Shown: positions 9,806-19,488 of the stretch, piece by piece | How the letters are laid out: the number at the start of each line of letters is the position of its first letter | How positions within the stretch are numbered: position 1 is the stretch's first letter | NCBI GenBank assembly: GCA_963706075.1 | Contig: CAVPLP010000002.1 | Location: 432,758-496,757 of the forward strand | Direction: 5' to 3' | DNA length: 64,000 bases | Source: an uncultured Actinomycetes bacterium | GTDB taxonomy: Bacteria; Actinomycetota; Thermoleophilia; Gaiellales; JAICJC01 | The notes under the pieces: model-generated | What the model was told of the DNA's origin: nothing | Seen by the model: the letters and a program-made list of their open reading frames with translations, nothing else | Databases searched by the model: none | Translations under genes and position numbers: made by a program

Positions 9806-10740
9806 GGCTCGGCAGGATACCGGCTTCGCGACGGCGATCCGAAGACGAGGGTGCGCCGATCCCGGCACGCCTCGAGGTCGCGCCCGAGCGAGAGCCGCTC
9901 GACGCCCGCGGTCCGGCCCGCGAGCTCGACGAGCCTGTCGGTGAGGGCGCGCGGGAGGCGAAGCGGCCGGCCCGCGGCGCGCTCGGCCGCGGCCCGGAGC
10001 ACGATCGCCCGCAGCGGGCGCGGGAGCTCGGCCAGCCGGTCGAGGTCGAGGTCGGCCGTGACGTGCTCGTCGGCGAGGTCGTCGAGCAGCGCATCGAGCT
10101 CGGCCAGGAGCTCCGCGGTGCGAGCGATGTTCGCCTCGGCTCCGGGGTGGACGCGCCGCAGCGCCGGCATCACATCGTGGCGGATCAGGTTCCGGCGCAG
10201 GCGCGTGTCGGCGTTGGTGTCGTCGACCCGCGGGGCCAGCCCCGCCGCCCGGCACCACTCCCGCGTCTCGGATGCCGTCAGGCACAGAAGCGGCCGGGCC
10301 ACGTCGCCGGCACGAGGACGCATGCCCGACAGGGCGCGGACGCCGGACGAGCTGGCGAGCCGGTAGACGACGGTCTCGGCCTGGTCGGTCAGCGTGTGAC
10401 CGGTCGCCACGACCCGGCCGGCCGCGTGCTCGCGGGCGGCCGCATAGCGGGCCTCGCGGGCCCGCGCCTCGACGTTGGCACCGCCGTCGAGGTCGACCGG
10501 CACGACGGTTGCTCCCAGCCCGGCGCAGAACGCGGCGTCGTCGAGGCCCGCTTCGCCCCGCAGGCCGTGCTCGACGTGCAACGCCTCGACCGGATATCCG
10601 AGGTCGCGCAGGATCCCCCAGAGGCACAGCGAGTCGGCGCCGCCGGAGACCAGGGCGACCACCGGCTCGCCCGGTTCGAGCACACCGTGCTCGGCGACGA
10701 ATCCGGCTACGCGCTCAACGAGCTGCGAACCGGCGTGCAT
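9802..10740 (-). CDS. tilS: tRNA(Ile)-lysidine synthase
   Basis: ATG at 10740 within ORF 9802..11241. PP-loop [28 protein letters not shown], and VDDTNAD. 4-nt overlap with the hpt start. Confidence 0.9.
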   Translation of the reverse strand: MHAGSQLVERVAGFVAEHGVLEPGEPVVALVSGGADSLCLWGILRDLGYPVEALHVEHGLRGEAGLDDAAFCAGLGATVVPVDLDGGANVEARAREARYAAAREHAAGRVVATGHTLTDQAETVVYRLASSSGVRALSGMRPRAGDVARPLLCLTASETREWCRAAGLAPRVDDTNADTRLRRNLIRHDVMPALRRVHPGAEANIARTAELLAELDALLDDLADEHVTADLDLDRLAELPRPLRAIVLRAAAERAAGRPLRLPRALTDRLVELAGRTAGVERLSLGRDLEACRDRRTLVFGSPSRSRYPAEP

Positions 10741-11241
10741 AGCCCGTGCCGATCTCGATGTAGCGCGCGTGCGCCATCTGCGCGGCGTCGTCGTCCCCGG
10801 CCGCCTGCGCCCGCTCGATCTCGGCTCGCAGGTCGGCCAGCCGGCTCTCGAGGCGCAGGCCGAGGACGTCCTCCGGCGTGAGCTCGGACTCGCGGCCGAG
10901 CAGCCGAAGCGCCCGCGGCCGCCAGACATCCCGCAGCCGCCCGAGCGCCGGGTCGTCGCGAGGCCTCGAGCACCTCCCAGCCCCTCGTCGCCAGCGGCCG
11001 CAGCCGCCTCCCGCGCAACAACGGGGTCAGACCCCAATGTTGCGTCGCCGCCCGGGGCGATCCGCCCGCCGCAGGCGCACGGCTCGAGCAGCGGTGCGAC
11101 CTCGGACTCGATCCCCTCGCTCCCCAGCGTGAAGCCGTCCGCTCCGTTGAGCGCCAGGCGGACGAGTCCGACCTCGAGCGTGCGGGACGCCATGTCGTAC
11201 GCGGCGCCGCACGCCTCGCAGTGCCACGGATCCGCGGTCAC
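10715..11241 (-). CDS. Hypothetical CxxC...CxC protein with coiled-coil-like C-terminus (needs at least one frame change at ~10940-10975)
   Basis: MTADPWHCEACGAAYDM...EPCACGGRIAPGGD in the ORF 9802..11241 frame. A C-terminal part in another frame, DDPALGRLRDVWRPRALRLLGRESELTPEDVLGLRLESRLADLRAEIERAQ...YIEIGTGY, stops at 10715. It contains a palindromic-element copy at 11015-11043. Confidence 0.45.
11015..11043. repeat. Palindromic element copy 1 (GCAACAACGGGGTCAGACCCCAATGTTGC)
   Basis: Exact reverse complement of 34447-34475 (29/29). Lies inside the open frame of the hypothetical gene. Confidence 0.85.
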
Positions 11242-12056
11242 GCCGGCACCGACGCGCCGACGAACTCGGCAACCGCGACGCCGAACGAGTACGGCGCCTC
11301 GATCATCGGCATGTGGCCGACGCCGGGAAGCACGAGCTCCTCGCCGGCGAGCGCCTCGGCGAGGGCCGGCCCGTTCTCCCAGCCGCTGCGGTCGTGCTCG
11401 CCCCAGATGATGAGCGAGCGGGCGCTGACCCGCTCGATCAGCGCCGGCAGGTCGAGCGATGCGAGCGCGGGCAGCACGCCCGGGACGATCGGCGCGGCCT
11501 TGGCCGCCCCGCGCAGGAGGCGCCGCGCGGCGGGAACGTCGAGGCCCTCCGTGCGCGACATGCCGACGAACCAGCCGAAGACGAGCTTACGAGGCAGGCG
11601 GCGCGTCGCGGCCGGCTTCTCCCACAGACGCTCGGTCGCCGCGATCGCGCGGTGAAACGGCATGATGAAGCGTGCACGGCGCAGGCTGAACGGGGCCATC
11701 CCCACGGGCGACGCGAGCACCATCGCCGACACCGGCCGCTCGGCCGCCCAGGTGATCGCGAGCGGCGCGCCGAACGAGTGGCCCACGACGGCCGGCTGAT
11801 CGACGCCGATCTGGTCGATGGCCTCGCCCATGAGCCGCACGGCCTCGGTGAACGAGAACGGGTCGAGCACGTCCGAGTCGCCGTGGCCGGGCACGTCGAC
11901 GGCGATCACGCGGTGCGAGCGGCCCAGCCGCTCGGCGAACGGCGCCCAGTAGTCGAGCGAGCCCGTGAGCCCGTGCAGGAGCACCACCGGGTCGCCCGCA
12001 CCCCACTCGGCCACGTTGACACGGAGGCCGTCCACAGCGAGGGTTTGCGCATGCAT
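11238..12056 (-). CDS. Alpha/beta-fold hydrolase
   Basis: ATG at 12056 within ORF 11238..12701. VVLLHGLTGS, nucleophile elbow VGHSFGA, and C-terminal GVGHMPMIE. TAGTTT box (12064-12069) lies 7 nt upstream of the ATG. Confidence 0.85.
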   Translation of the reverse strand: MHAQTLAVDGLRVNVAEWGAGDPVVLLHGLTGSLDYWAPFAERLGRSHRVIAVDVPGHGDSDVLDPFSFTEAVRLMGEAIDQIGVDQPAVVGHSFGAPLAITWAAERPVSAMVLASPVGMAPFSLRRARFIMPFHRAIAATERLWEKPAATRRLPRKLVFGWFVGMSRTEGLDVPAARRLLRGAAKAAPIVPGVLPALASLDLPALIERVSARSLIIWGEHDRSGWENGPALAEALAGEELVLPGVGHMPMIEAPYSFGVAVAEFVGASVPA

Positions 12057-12920
12057 GGCACGGAAACTACCAGCCCCGGCGATGCCGACGAGTACCGTCG
12101 GCGCAGCTACAGAAATTGGCAGCACGCCGCCGCCGGGTGGGAGCGCGAGCGGGAGGCCCTGCAGGCGGCCATGGGGCCGCTGACCGACTGGATGATCGAG
12201 CGCCTGGCCCCCGAGCCCGGCCAGACCATCCTCGAGCTCGGAGCCGGCACCGCCGAGACGGGGCTGATCGCCGCAGGGCGCGTGTCGCCCGGCGGGCGGG
12301 TCATCGTGAGCGACCGCTCGACTGAGATGCTCTCCGCGGCAGAGCGCCGGGCAGCCGAGCTCGACCTGACCAACATCGAGCTCCGCGTGATCGACATCGA
12401 GGCGATCGACCTCCCTGACGCCGCCGTCGACGGCGTGATCTCGCGGATGGTGCTCATGCTCGTCCCCGACATCGCCGCCGCGCTCGGCGAGATCCACCGC
12501 GTCCTTCGCCCCGGCGCCCGGCTCTCTGCGGCGGTGTGGGACACGGTGGAACGAAACCCCTGGGCGCCGGTGTTGTGGGACGTGATCGAGCGGATGACCG
12601 ACATCCCTCAGGCGCGTCCGGGCGGCCCCGGCATGTTCACGCTGGCCGACGCCGGCCGGCTGCGCTCGCTCCTCGAGGCTGCCGGGTTCGGCGAGATCCA
12701 CATCGAGTCGATCCCCGTCGCCTGGAGCTACCCTGACTTCGAGACGTACTGGCGGACGCAGTCCTCCCTGAACGGAGCGATCACGCAGCTTCTCCCGACG
12801 CTGCCGGACGCCGATCGCAGGCGGATCGCCGATGCCGTCCGCCAGGCCGTCGAGCCCTTCCGGACGGGAAGCGGCTACAGCGCTCCGGGCTCGGCGCTGG
12901 GCATCGTCGCCACACGGTGA
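12051..12920 (+). CDS. Class I SAM-dependent methyltransferase
   Basis: ATG at 12051 within ORF 11313..12920. ILELGAGTAETG motif I, VDGVISRMVLMLV, and LRPGARL. Its start codon overlaps the divergent hydrolase start in the palindrome ATGCAT. Confidence 0.8.
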   Translation: MHGTETTSPGDADEYRRRSYRNWQHAAAGWEREREALQAAMGPLTDWMIERLAPEPGQTILELGAGTAETGLIAAGRVSPGGRVIVSDRSTEMLSAAERRAAELDLTNIELRVIDIEAIDLPDAAVDGVISRMVLMLVPDIAAALGEIHRVLRPGARLSAAVWDTVERNPWAPVLWDVIERMTDIPQARPGGPGMFTLADAGRLRSLLEAAGFGEIHIESIPVAWSYPDFETYWRTQSSLNGAITQLLPTLPDADRRRIADAVRQAVEPFRTGSGYSAPGSALGIVATR

Positions 12921-12940
12921 TCATCTAGAGTCTCGCGGCC

Positions 12941-13654
12941 GTGCCGATCCACCTGCGCGCAGAACCGGGCGACTACGCGCCCGCCGTCCTCCTCCCCGGA
13001 GATCCTCTTCGGGCCGAGCGGATCGCGCGGGAGTTCATCGACGACGCCCGCCAGGTGAACGGCGAGCGCGGCATGCTGGGCTACACGGGCACGCACCAGG
13101 GCCGGCCGGTGTCGGTGCAGGCGACCGGCATGGGCTGCCCGAGCGCCGCGATCGTGGTCGAGGAGCTGATCCAGCTCGGCGTCAAGCGGCTGATCCGCGT
13201 CGGCACGTGCGGCGGCCTCTCCCCGAAGCTTGCGATGGGCGATGTCGTCGTCGGCATCTCGGCCGTCCCCGCCGATCGCACCGCCCTGCACTACACGGGC
13301 GGCGAGCCGCACGCCCCGACCGCCGACTTCGGCGTCACCCACGGGATCGTCCACGCCGCCAAGGGCATGGACATCCGGCCGCACGTCGGCGCGATCGTCA
13401 GCTCCGACACGTTCTACGACCCCGACCCCGAGCGGCACCGCCGCTGGGCCGCCCGCGGCGTCCTGGCCGTCGAGATGGAGGCCGCCGTGCTCTTCACGAT
13501 CGCCGCTCTGCGCGGAGTCGAGGCCGCGTGCGTGCTGGTCGTCTCCGATCTGGTCGGCGGCGAGGAGTTCGTCCGCATCTCCGACGAGGAGCTCGCCGCG
13601 GCCGTGGAGCGGATGACGCGGCTGGCCCTCGCGGCCGCGGTGGACGACCATTAG
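12941..13654 (+). CDS. deoD: Purine/uridine nucleoside phosphorylase (PNP/UDP family 1, DeoD-like)
   Basis: 237-aa ORF: LLPGDPLRAERIA...GYTGTHQGRPVSVQATGMGCPSAAI...RVGTCGG...VEMEAAVLF. Confidence 0.85.
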   Translation: MPIHLRAEPGDYAPAVLLPGDPLRAERIAREFIDDARQVNGERGMLGYTGTHQGRPVSVQATGMGCPSAAIVVEELIQLGVKRLIRVGTCGGLSPKLAMGDVVVGISAVPADRTALHYTGGEPHAPTADFGVTHGIVHAAKGMDIRPHVGAIVSSDTFYDPDPERHRRWAARGVLAVEMEAAVLFTIAALRGVEAACVLVVSDLVGGEEFVRISDEELAAAVERMTRLALAAAVDDH

Positions 13655-13673
13655 CCACCCGGTCACCGGGGTC

Positions 13674-14582
13674 ATGGTCGTGAACCCGGCCTCCGCCAAC
13701 GGCCGCACCGCGCGCCGGTGGCCGGAGATCGCCCGCGCCGCCGCCGGGCGAGGCCTCGACCTCGACGTTCGCGCCACCGAAGCGGCCGGGCACGCGTCCG
13801 AGCTGACGCGCGCCGCCCTCCGTGAGGGCGCGGGTCTGATCGTGGCCGTCGGCGGCGACGGCACGGTGTCGGAGGTCGCAAACGGGTTCTTCGACGGCGA
13901 CGTGCCGATCAACCCCGAGGCGGAGCTGGCCGTGATCCCGCGCGGGTCGGGATGTGACTTCGTGAAGACGTTCGGGATCCCGAAGAAGGTCGACGGCGCC
14001 GTCGAGGCCGCCGCCGGGACGGCCGTGCGGACGATCGACCTCGGCCGCGTCCGGTTCACGGACTGGGACGGGCGGCCGGCGGCACGGATCTTCTGCAACG
14101 TCGCGAGCGCCGGGCTGACCGGCGTCGCCGCCGATCGGGTCAACAGGTCGGGCAAGCCGCTCGGGGCGACCGTCGCCTTCGCCTGGGGCACGATCGTGAC
14201 GTTCGTCGGCTACCGCAACAGCAGGTTCCGCGTGCAGATCGACGAGCGCGAGCTCGACCAGGTCTGCAACAACGTGATCGTCGCGAACTGCCGTTTCTAT
14301 GCGAGCGGGATGAAGATCATGCCGATGGCAGACCCCGGCGACGGCCTGCTCGACGTGCTGGTATGGGGCGACGTCGGCAAGGCCGACCTTGCCCGCAACC
14401 TGCACAGGCTCTACCGGGGCACGCACATCGGCCACCCCAAGGCCGACATCAGCCGCGCCCGCCGGGTGACCGTCGAGACCGACGTCACGCTGCCGATCGA
14501 GGCCGACGGCGAGACGCCGGGCGTCACGCCCGTCACGTTCGAGGTCGTACCCTCGGCGCTACGGCTGCGCGTTCCGGCCTAG
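13674..14582 (+). CDS. Diacylglycerol/lipid kinase family protein (YegS/BmrU-like)
   Basis: 302-aa ORF: VNPASANG...VAVGGDGTVSEVANG...IPRGSGCDF...EADGE. Confidence 0.85.
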   Translation: MVVNPASANGRTARRWPEIARAAAGRGLDLDVRATEAAGHASELTRAALREGAGLIVAVGGDGTVSEVANGFFDGDVPINPEAELAVIPRGSGCDFVKTFGIPKKVDGAVEAAAGTAVRTIDLGRVRFTDWDGRPAARIFCNVASAGLTGVAADRVNRSGKPLGATVAFAWGTIVTFVGYRNSRFRVQIDERELDQVCNNVIVANCRFYASGMKIMPMADPGDGLLDVLVWGDVGKADLARNLHRLYRGTHIGHPKADISRARRVTVETDVTLPIEADGETPGVTPVTFEVVPSALRLRVPA

Positions 14583-14887
14583 TCGCTGGGCGTCGGGGGC
14601 TTGGGAGCCCGCGTTCGCGCGCGCGGCTTGCTCTCGGGCAGGCGCTTGGTGAGGTCGTTGAGCGCGGCCTCGATCCGATCGAGCGACGCCTGGAGGCGGG
14701 CGACGTCCTCGCGCGTTGCCACCTGAAGCTGCGACACCGCCGCCTGCTGGGCGCGCTGGCGCATCGACGTGGCCCGCTCGCGGGTCGCGTTCACCACCGT
14801 GCTCTGTGACATTTCCTGCTGCACGCGGGCAACGGTGTCCTCGGTGGCGCCTGTGATCCGATCGATGATGCTCTTCCGGTCGTCCAT
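14579..14887 (-). CDS. Hypothetical coiled-coil protein (phasin-like composition)
   Basis: ATG at 14887 within ORF 14579..15586: MDDRKSIIDRITGATEDTVARVQQEM...LQASLDRIEAALNDLTKRL. TACATT box lies 7 nt upstream of the ATG. Confidence 0.55.
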   Translation of the reverse strand: MDDRKSIIDRITGATEDTVARVQQEMSQSTVVNATRERATSMRQRAQQAAVSQLQVATREDVARLQASLDRIEAALNDLTKRLPESKPRARTRAPKPPTPSD

Positions 14888-14938
14888 GAACCTCAATGTA
14901 CCAGCAGCATCGGACGGTTTTCCAGTACCCTCGCGGGG

Positions 14939-15346
14939 GTGATTCCCGCCGGGGCCCGCTGCACCGCCGTCCCTCTGCGAGTCCGCTTCGGCGAGACCGA
15001 CGCGATGGGCGTCGCCAACAACGCCGCATACCTCGGGTGGTTCGAGGTCGGACGCGTCGAGTACCTCCGCGAGCTCGGGCACAGCTACGCCGACGTCCAC
15101 GCCGGCGGAATGGACATGGTGGTGGTCGAGGCGCACGCCGAATATCTGCGCGCGCTCCGGTTCGACGACGAGTTCACAGTGCGCTGCGCCTGCACCGAGG
15201 TGCGCGGCGCGAGCTTCACGTTCGGCTACGAGCTCGTCCGCGGTGACGAGGTCGCCTGCCGCGGTTCGACGCGCCACGCCTGCGTCGACCGCGCGTCGAT
15301 GCGCCCGGTCCGCGTGCCCGAATGGCTGCGCGAAGTGGTCAGCTAG
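14939..15346 (+). CDS. Acyl-CoA thioesterase, 4HBT/YbgC-like hotdog fold
   Basis: 135-aa ORF: VRFGETDAMGVANNAAYLGWFEVGRVEYLRELG. TACCCT box (14926-14931) lies 7 nt upstream of the GTG. Confidence 0.8.
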   Translation: MIPAGARCTAVPLRVRFGETDAMGVANNAAYLGWFEVGRVEYLRELGHSYADVHAGGMDMVVVEAHAEYLRALRFDDEFTVRCACTEVRGASFTFGYELVRGDEVACRGSTRHACVDRASMRPVRVPEWLREVVS

Positions 15347-16167
15347 GCAGCTCCCACGTGACGCCGCCGTCGGCCGATCGCAGGAGCGTGTGGCCGGCCG
15401 CCGCGTAGCAGACGAGGTAGTTGCGCAGATCGAACGCGACGGCCGAGACGCCCTTGATGCGGGCCACCCGGCGAAACGTCTTGCCGGCGTTCGTCGAGAG
15501 GGCGAGGCCGTCCGCGTCGGCGACGAGGACGCGCAGATGGTCGTCCGTCGTGGTGGCGACGGCCGTGGCGTCCGGGCTCGCCGCAAGCCTGGTGAAGGAG
15601 GCGCCGAAGTCGGACGAGCGCCAGAGCCCGGCCCGGCCGCACGCGACGTAGACCACGTCGGCCTTCAACGGGTCGCCGCGCACCGCCGACAGCGCTCCGC
15701 AGCCCGACGGGAGCCCGGCCGCGCGCAGGGGAGCCCATCGCCGCCCGCCGCGGACCGAGAGCCACAGCCGCCCCTCCGGGTCGAGCCCGTACAGCCTGCT
15801 CGTGCGGTAGTACGGCGACGAGACGGCCACGATCGACCTCCCGGCCAGGCGCTCGGCCAGGCGGGTCGCACCGAAGCCGCCGACGCCGACGTGGGCGCCG
15901 TCGACGACGACGACGGCCTTTTCGAGGAACGCCACGCCGACTGCGCCCGTGTGGGCCACCCCGTGCCAGCTGTGGCCTCCGTCCCGCGAGCGGTAGACGT
16001 GGGAGCCCGCCGTCGCCCAGATCGTCCCCGCATAGTCCGGGGCGATCGCGAGCGCCGTGGCCCGGGCGGGGATTGCAACAGAAGGCTCACTCGCCTGCGC
16101 CGCAGGCGGTGGCAAGAACTGCAAAAATTGCAACAAACACAGATTTCCGCTCAACCATTTCCCGCAT
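15339..16167 (-). CDS. BNR/Ycf48-like beta-propeller lipoprotein (probable frame change at ~16085-16095)
   Basis: ORF 15339..16154 shows repeated SxDGGxSW/TW-type motifs (RSRDGGHSWHGV, SSDFGASF, STNAGKTF, RSADGGVTW). A convincing lipoprotein signal, MREMVERKSVFVAIFAVLATACGAGE, sits in another frame (end of ORF 16087..16383) and stops just before SEPSVAIP. Confidence 0.6.
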
Positions 16168-16234
16168 AGTCCCGAAAAACCTAGAGGACGGCCCTACACC
16201 CCGGCGCCAGCCCGGCCGATCCTTGCGTCGCACC

Positions 16235-17833
16235 ATGCCCGAGAACCCGTCCACAATCGACCGCCTTCGCGGCCTTCTCGAGGTCACCCGGCTCGTGCGA
16301 GCCGAGACCGAGCAGTCGGCCCTGCTCGACGCGATCGCGACGTCGATCGCGACGTCGCTCGGATTCCACACCGTCGTCATCAACCTCTACCGGCCCGCCT
16401 GGAACGACTTCGAGGTGACGACGGTCCACGGCTCCGACGATGCCCGCCGGGCGTTGCTGGGAGACACGCTCGACTGGGGCGCCTGGGAGCCGCTCCTCGA
16501 CAAGCGCTTCGAGCGCCGCGGCACCTACCTGATCCCTCACGGAGCCTTCGACTGGGAGAGCGACGTCGGCCGGCGATACGTGCCCGACTGGGAGCCGAGC
16601 GCAGCGCCCGACGCGTGGCACCCCGACGACGAGCTGTTCGTGCCGATGCTCCACTCCGACGGCCACATGCTGGGCATCCTGTCGGTCGGCGAGCCCTACA
16701 CCGGCCTGCGCCCCTCCGACGAGGAGCTCGAGGTGCTCGTGGCCGTCGCCGACCATGTCGCCCTCGCCCTCGAGAGCTTCCAGGAGGCGGCGGCTGCGGC
16801 CCACCACCGGATCGCGCTGCGCGAGCTGCTCCAGGTGTCGTCGCGCCTCGCCGAGACGCCGTCGGTCGAGGCGATCCTCCAGGCCACGTGCGACGGCATC
16901 ACGCATGCGCTCGGGTTCCGGAAGGTGGCGGTTCAGGTCCCCGATCCGCGGAGCGGGGTCTTCGTCACGCGCGCGACGACCGGGTGGACGCTCGACGAGC
17001 TGGGACAGAACGCGCCGCTCTCGATGTGGGAGCTGGCGCCGCTCCTCGACCCGCCGTTCGAGATCCAGGGCTGCTACCTGCTCACCCACGAGCAGGCGAT
17101 GTCGCGCCTGCCTGCGGGCCACCGCATGTACAGGTCGGTCATGAACGGCCGCGGCCCATGGGCCTGGGACCGCCACTGGCTCGTCGTGCCGCTCCTCGAC
17201 CGCGACGGCAAGGTCATCGCCGTGATCTGGGCGGACGACCCCGACGACCGGCTCGTCCCTTCCCGGCAGCTGATGCAGGCCCTGCGGGTGTTCGCCAACC
17301 AGGCCACGGCCGCACTCGACTCCGCCGGCCGCTTCGAGGAGGTCAGGTTCCTCGCCGAGCACGACACGCTCACCCGCCTCTTCAACCGCCACGCGTTCGC
17401 CGCCCGGCTCGAGCTCGAGATGACGCGATCGACCCGCTACGGCCGGCCGTTCACGCTCGTCGTCCTCGACGTCGACGGGTTCAAGTCGGTGAACGACCGC
17501 CACGGGCACCTCGCGGGCGACGCCGCCCTCGAGCAGTGCGGTCTGGTCCTGCGCGCCGGGCTGCGCGCTGCCGACACGGCATACCGGATCGGCGGCGACG
17601 AGTTCGCGCTGCTCCTCCCCGAGACGTCGGCCGCCGAGGCGCGCGCGGTCATCGAGCGCATCGCCGAGGATCTCGAGGCGACGGGCGACCGGGCGGGCAC
17701 TCCGCTCCGGGCGAGCTTCGGCGTGATCGTCGGCGACGCGGGGCTGACGGACGCCGAGCGGCTGCTGCGCGAAGCGGACGCCGCGATGTACGAAGCCAAG
17801 CGCACCGGCGCGCACATCCATTTCGTTGCATGA
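16235..17833 (+). CDS. Diguanylate cyclase with two GAF-like N-terminal domains (GAF-GAF-GGDEF)
   Basis: ATG at 16235 within ORF 16073..17833. C-terminal HDTLTRLFNRHAF...VLDVDGFKSVNDRHGHLAGD...RAADTAYRIGGDEFALLLP has an intact GGDEF and an RxxD I-site 5 residues upstream. Confidence 0.85.
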   Translation: MPENPSTIDRLRGLLEVTRLVRAETEQSALLDAIATSIATSLGFHTVVINLYRPAWNDFEVTTVHGSDDARRALLGDTLDWGAWEPLLDKRFERRGTYLIPHGAFDWESDVGRRYVPDWEPSAAPDAWHPDDELFVPMLHSDGHMLGILSVGEPYTGLRPSDEELEVLVAVADHVALALESFQEAAAAAHHRIALRELLQVSSRLAETPSVEAILQATCDGITHALGFRKVAVQVPDPRSGVFVTRATTGWTLDELGQNAPLSMWELAPLLDPPFEIQGCYLLTHEQAMSRLPAGHRMYRSVMNGRGPWAWDRHWLVVPLLDRDGKVIAVIWADDPDDRLVPSRQLMQALRVFANQATAALDSAGRFEEVRFLAEHDTLTRLFNRHAFAARLELEMTRSTRYGRPFTLVVLDVDGFKSVNDRHGHLAGDAALEQCGLVLRAGLRAADTAYRIGGDEFALLLPETSAAEARAVIERIAEDLEATGDRAGTPLRASFGVIVGDAGLTDAERLLREADAAMYEAKRTGAHIHFVA

Positions 17834-17849
17834 TTCGAGGACCACGGCA

Positions 17850-19441
17850 ATGACCCCTCACGATCCCGAAGCGCTCTCCCGGCTGCGCGGGTTCCTCGAA
17901 GTGACCCGCGTCGTGCGATCGGAGGAGGAGCTCGGAGGCCTGCTCGCGTCGATCGCCAAGTCGATCTCGGAGTCGCTCGGGTTCGCCACCGTGTGCGTGC
18001 ACCTCCACCGCCCCGCGTGGGACGACTTCGAGGTGACGACGGTGCAGGGGAGCCCCGAGGCCGCGAGCGCCTTCTGGGCGACGCGCGCGGACGCGACGTG
18101 TGGGAGCCGCTGCTCGACGCGCGCTTTGCCCGTCGCGGCGCCTACCACGTGCCGCACGGCGAGTTCGACTGGGAGACGCACGCGCCGGGCTCGTACGTCC
18201 CGCCGGTGGCCGCAGGATCGGCGCCCGACGACTGGCATCCGCTCGACGCGCTCTTCGTGCCGCTCCGGCACGCGGACGGCCACCTGATCGGCATCCTCTC
18301 AGTCGACGAGCCCGTGAGCGGCCGCATCCCGACCGACGAGGAGCTCGACGTGCTCGTCGCCATGGCCGACCACGCCGCCATCGCCGTCCAGAGCGCCCAG
18401 GAGGCGGAGCAGGCGGCCCGCCACCGCGCCGCGCTCGAGCAGCTCCTGCAGGTGTCGTCGCGCCTCACCGAGACGTTTGCGATCGACGAGATCCTCCAGT
18501 CGGTCTGCGAGGGCATCCACACGGCGCTCGGCTTCGAGAACGTCTGCATCGACCTGCCCGAGCCCGACACGGACGGCTTCCGGACGCGCGCGGCGCACGG
18601 GTGGGATCTCGGCGATCCGGCGGTGAGCTCCGCCATGCCGTTCGCCCAGATCGAGCGCCTGCTCGACCCGCAGTTCGAGGTCGAGGGCTGCTATCTGCTC
18701 GACCACCAGCAGGGCCTCGAGCGGGTCGCTCCCGAGCACCACACCTACGAGTCGGCGCGCAGCGGGCGCGGGCCGCTCGCGTGGCGCAACCACTGGCTCA
18801 TCGTCCCCCTCTGGAGCCGCACCGGCGAGGTCATGGGCGCGATCTGGGCCGACGACCCGACGGACCGGCTGATCCCGTCCGAGCGCAAGCTCCAGGCGCT
18901 GAGGGTGTTCGCCAACCAGGCGACGACGGCGCTCGACACGGCCGCCCAGTTCGAGGAGATGCAGTTTCTCGCCGAGCACGATCCGCTGACGCGCCTGCTC
19001 AACCGGCGCGCGTTCAACGACCGGCTCGAGCAGGAGGTGTCCCGGTCGGTGCGATACGGCCACCCCATGGCGCTCGTGCTCTGCGACCTGAACGGGTTCA
19101 AGGCGCTGAACGATCGAAACGGGCACGCCGCCGGCGACGAGGCGCTCGAGGTCGTGGGCGGCGTGCTCACGAGCGTGCTCCGCACCGCCGACGCCGCGTT
19201 TCGGATCGGCGGCGACGAGTTCGCCCTCATCCTGCCGGAGACCGGCGAGGAAGAGGCGAGGGCCGCGGTCGACCGCGTGAGCGCGGCGATGTCGGTGGCG
19301 TTCGCCGCCAGGGACGAGAACCTCGCGGCCGGCTTCGGGGTCGCGATCTGCCCGCGCGACGGCGACGATCCGCGGCCGCTCTTCCGCGCCGCAGACCGCG
19401 AGATGTACGCGGCGAAGCCGCGCGTGCCTCGCGAGGCCTGA
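17850..19441 (+). CDS. Diguanylate cyclase paralog, GAF-GAF-GGDEF (frame change at ~18063-18066)
   Basis: MTPHDPEALSRLRGFLEVTRVV...VQGSPEAA (ORF 17826..18287) continues as RLLGDARGRDVWEPLLDARF (ORF 17993..19441), judged by alignment to the upstream paralog. Contains RTADAAFRIGGDEFALILP. Confidence 0.85.
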
Positions 19442-19488
19442 ACCTCCCGTTAGGATGACCGCCGAATGGGGGCGGCGCGAGGAGGACC

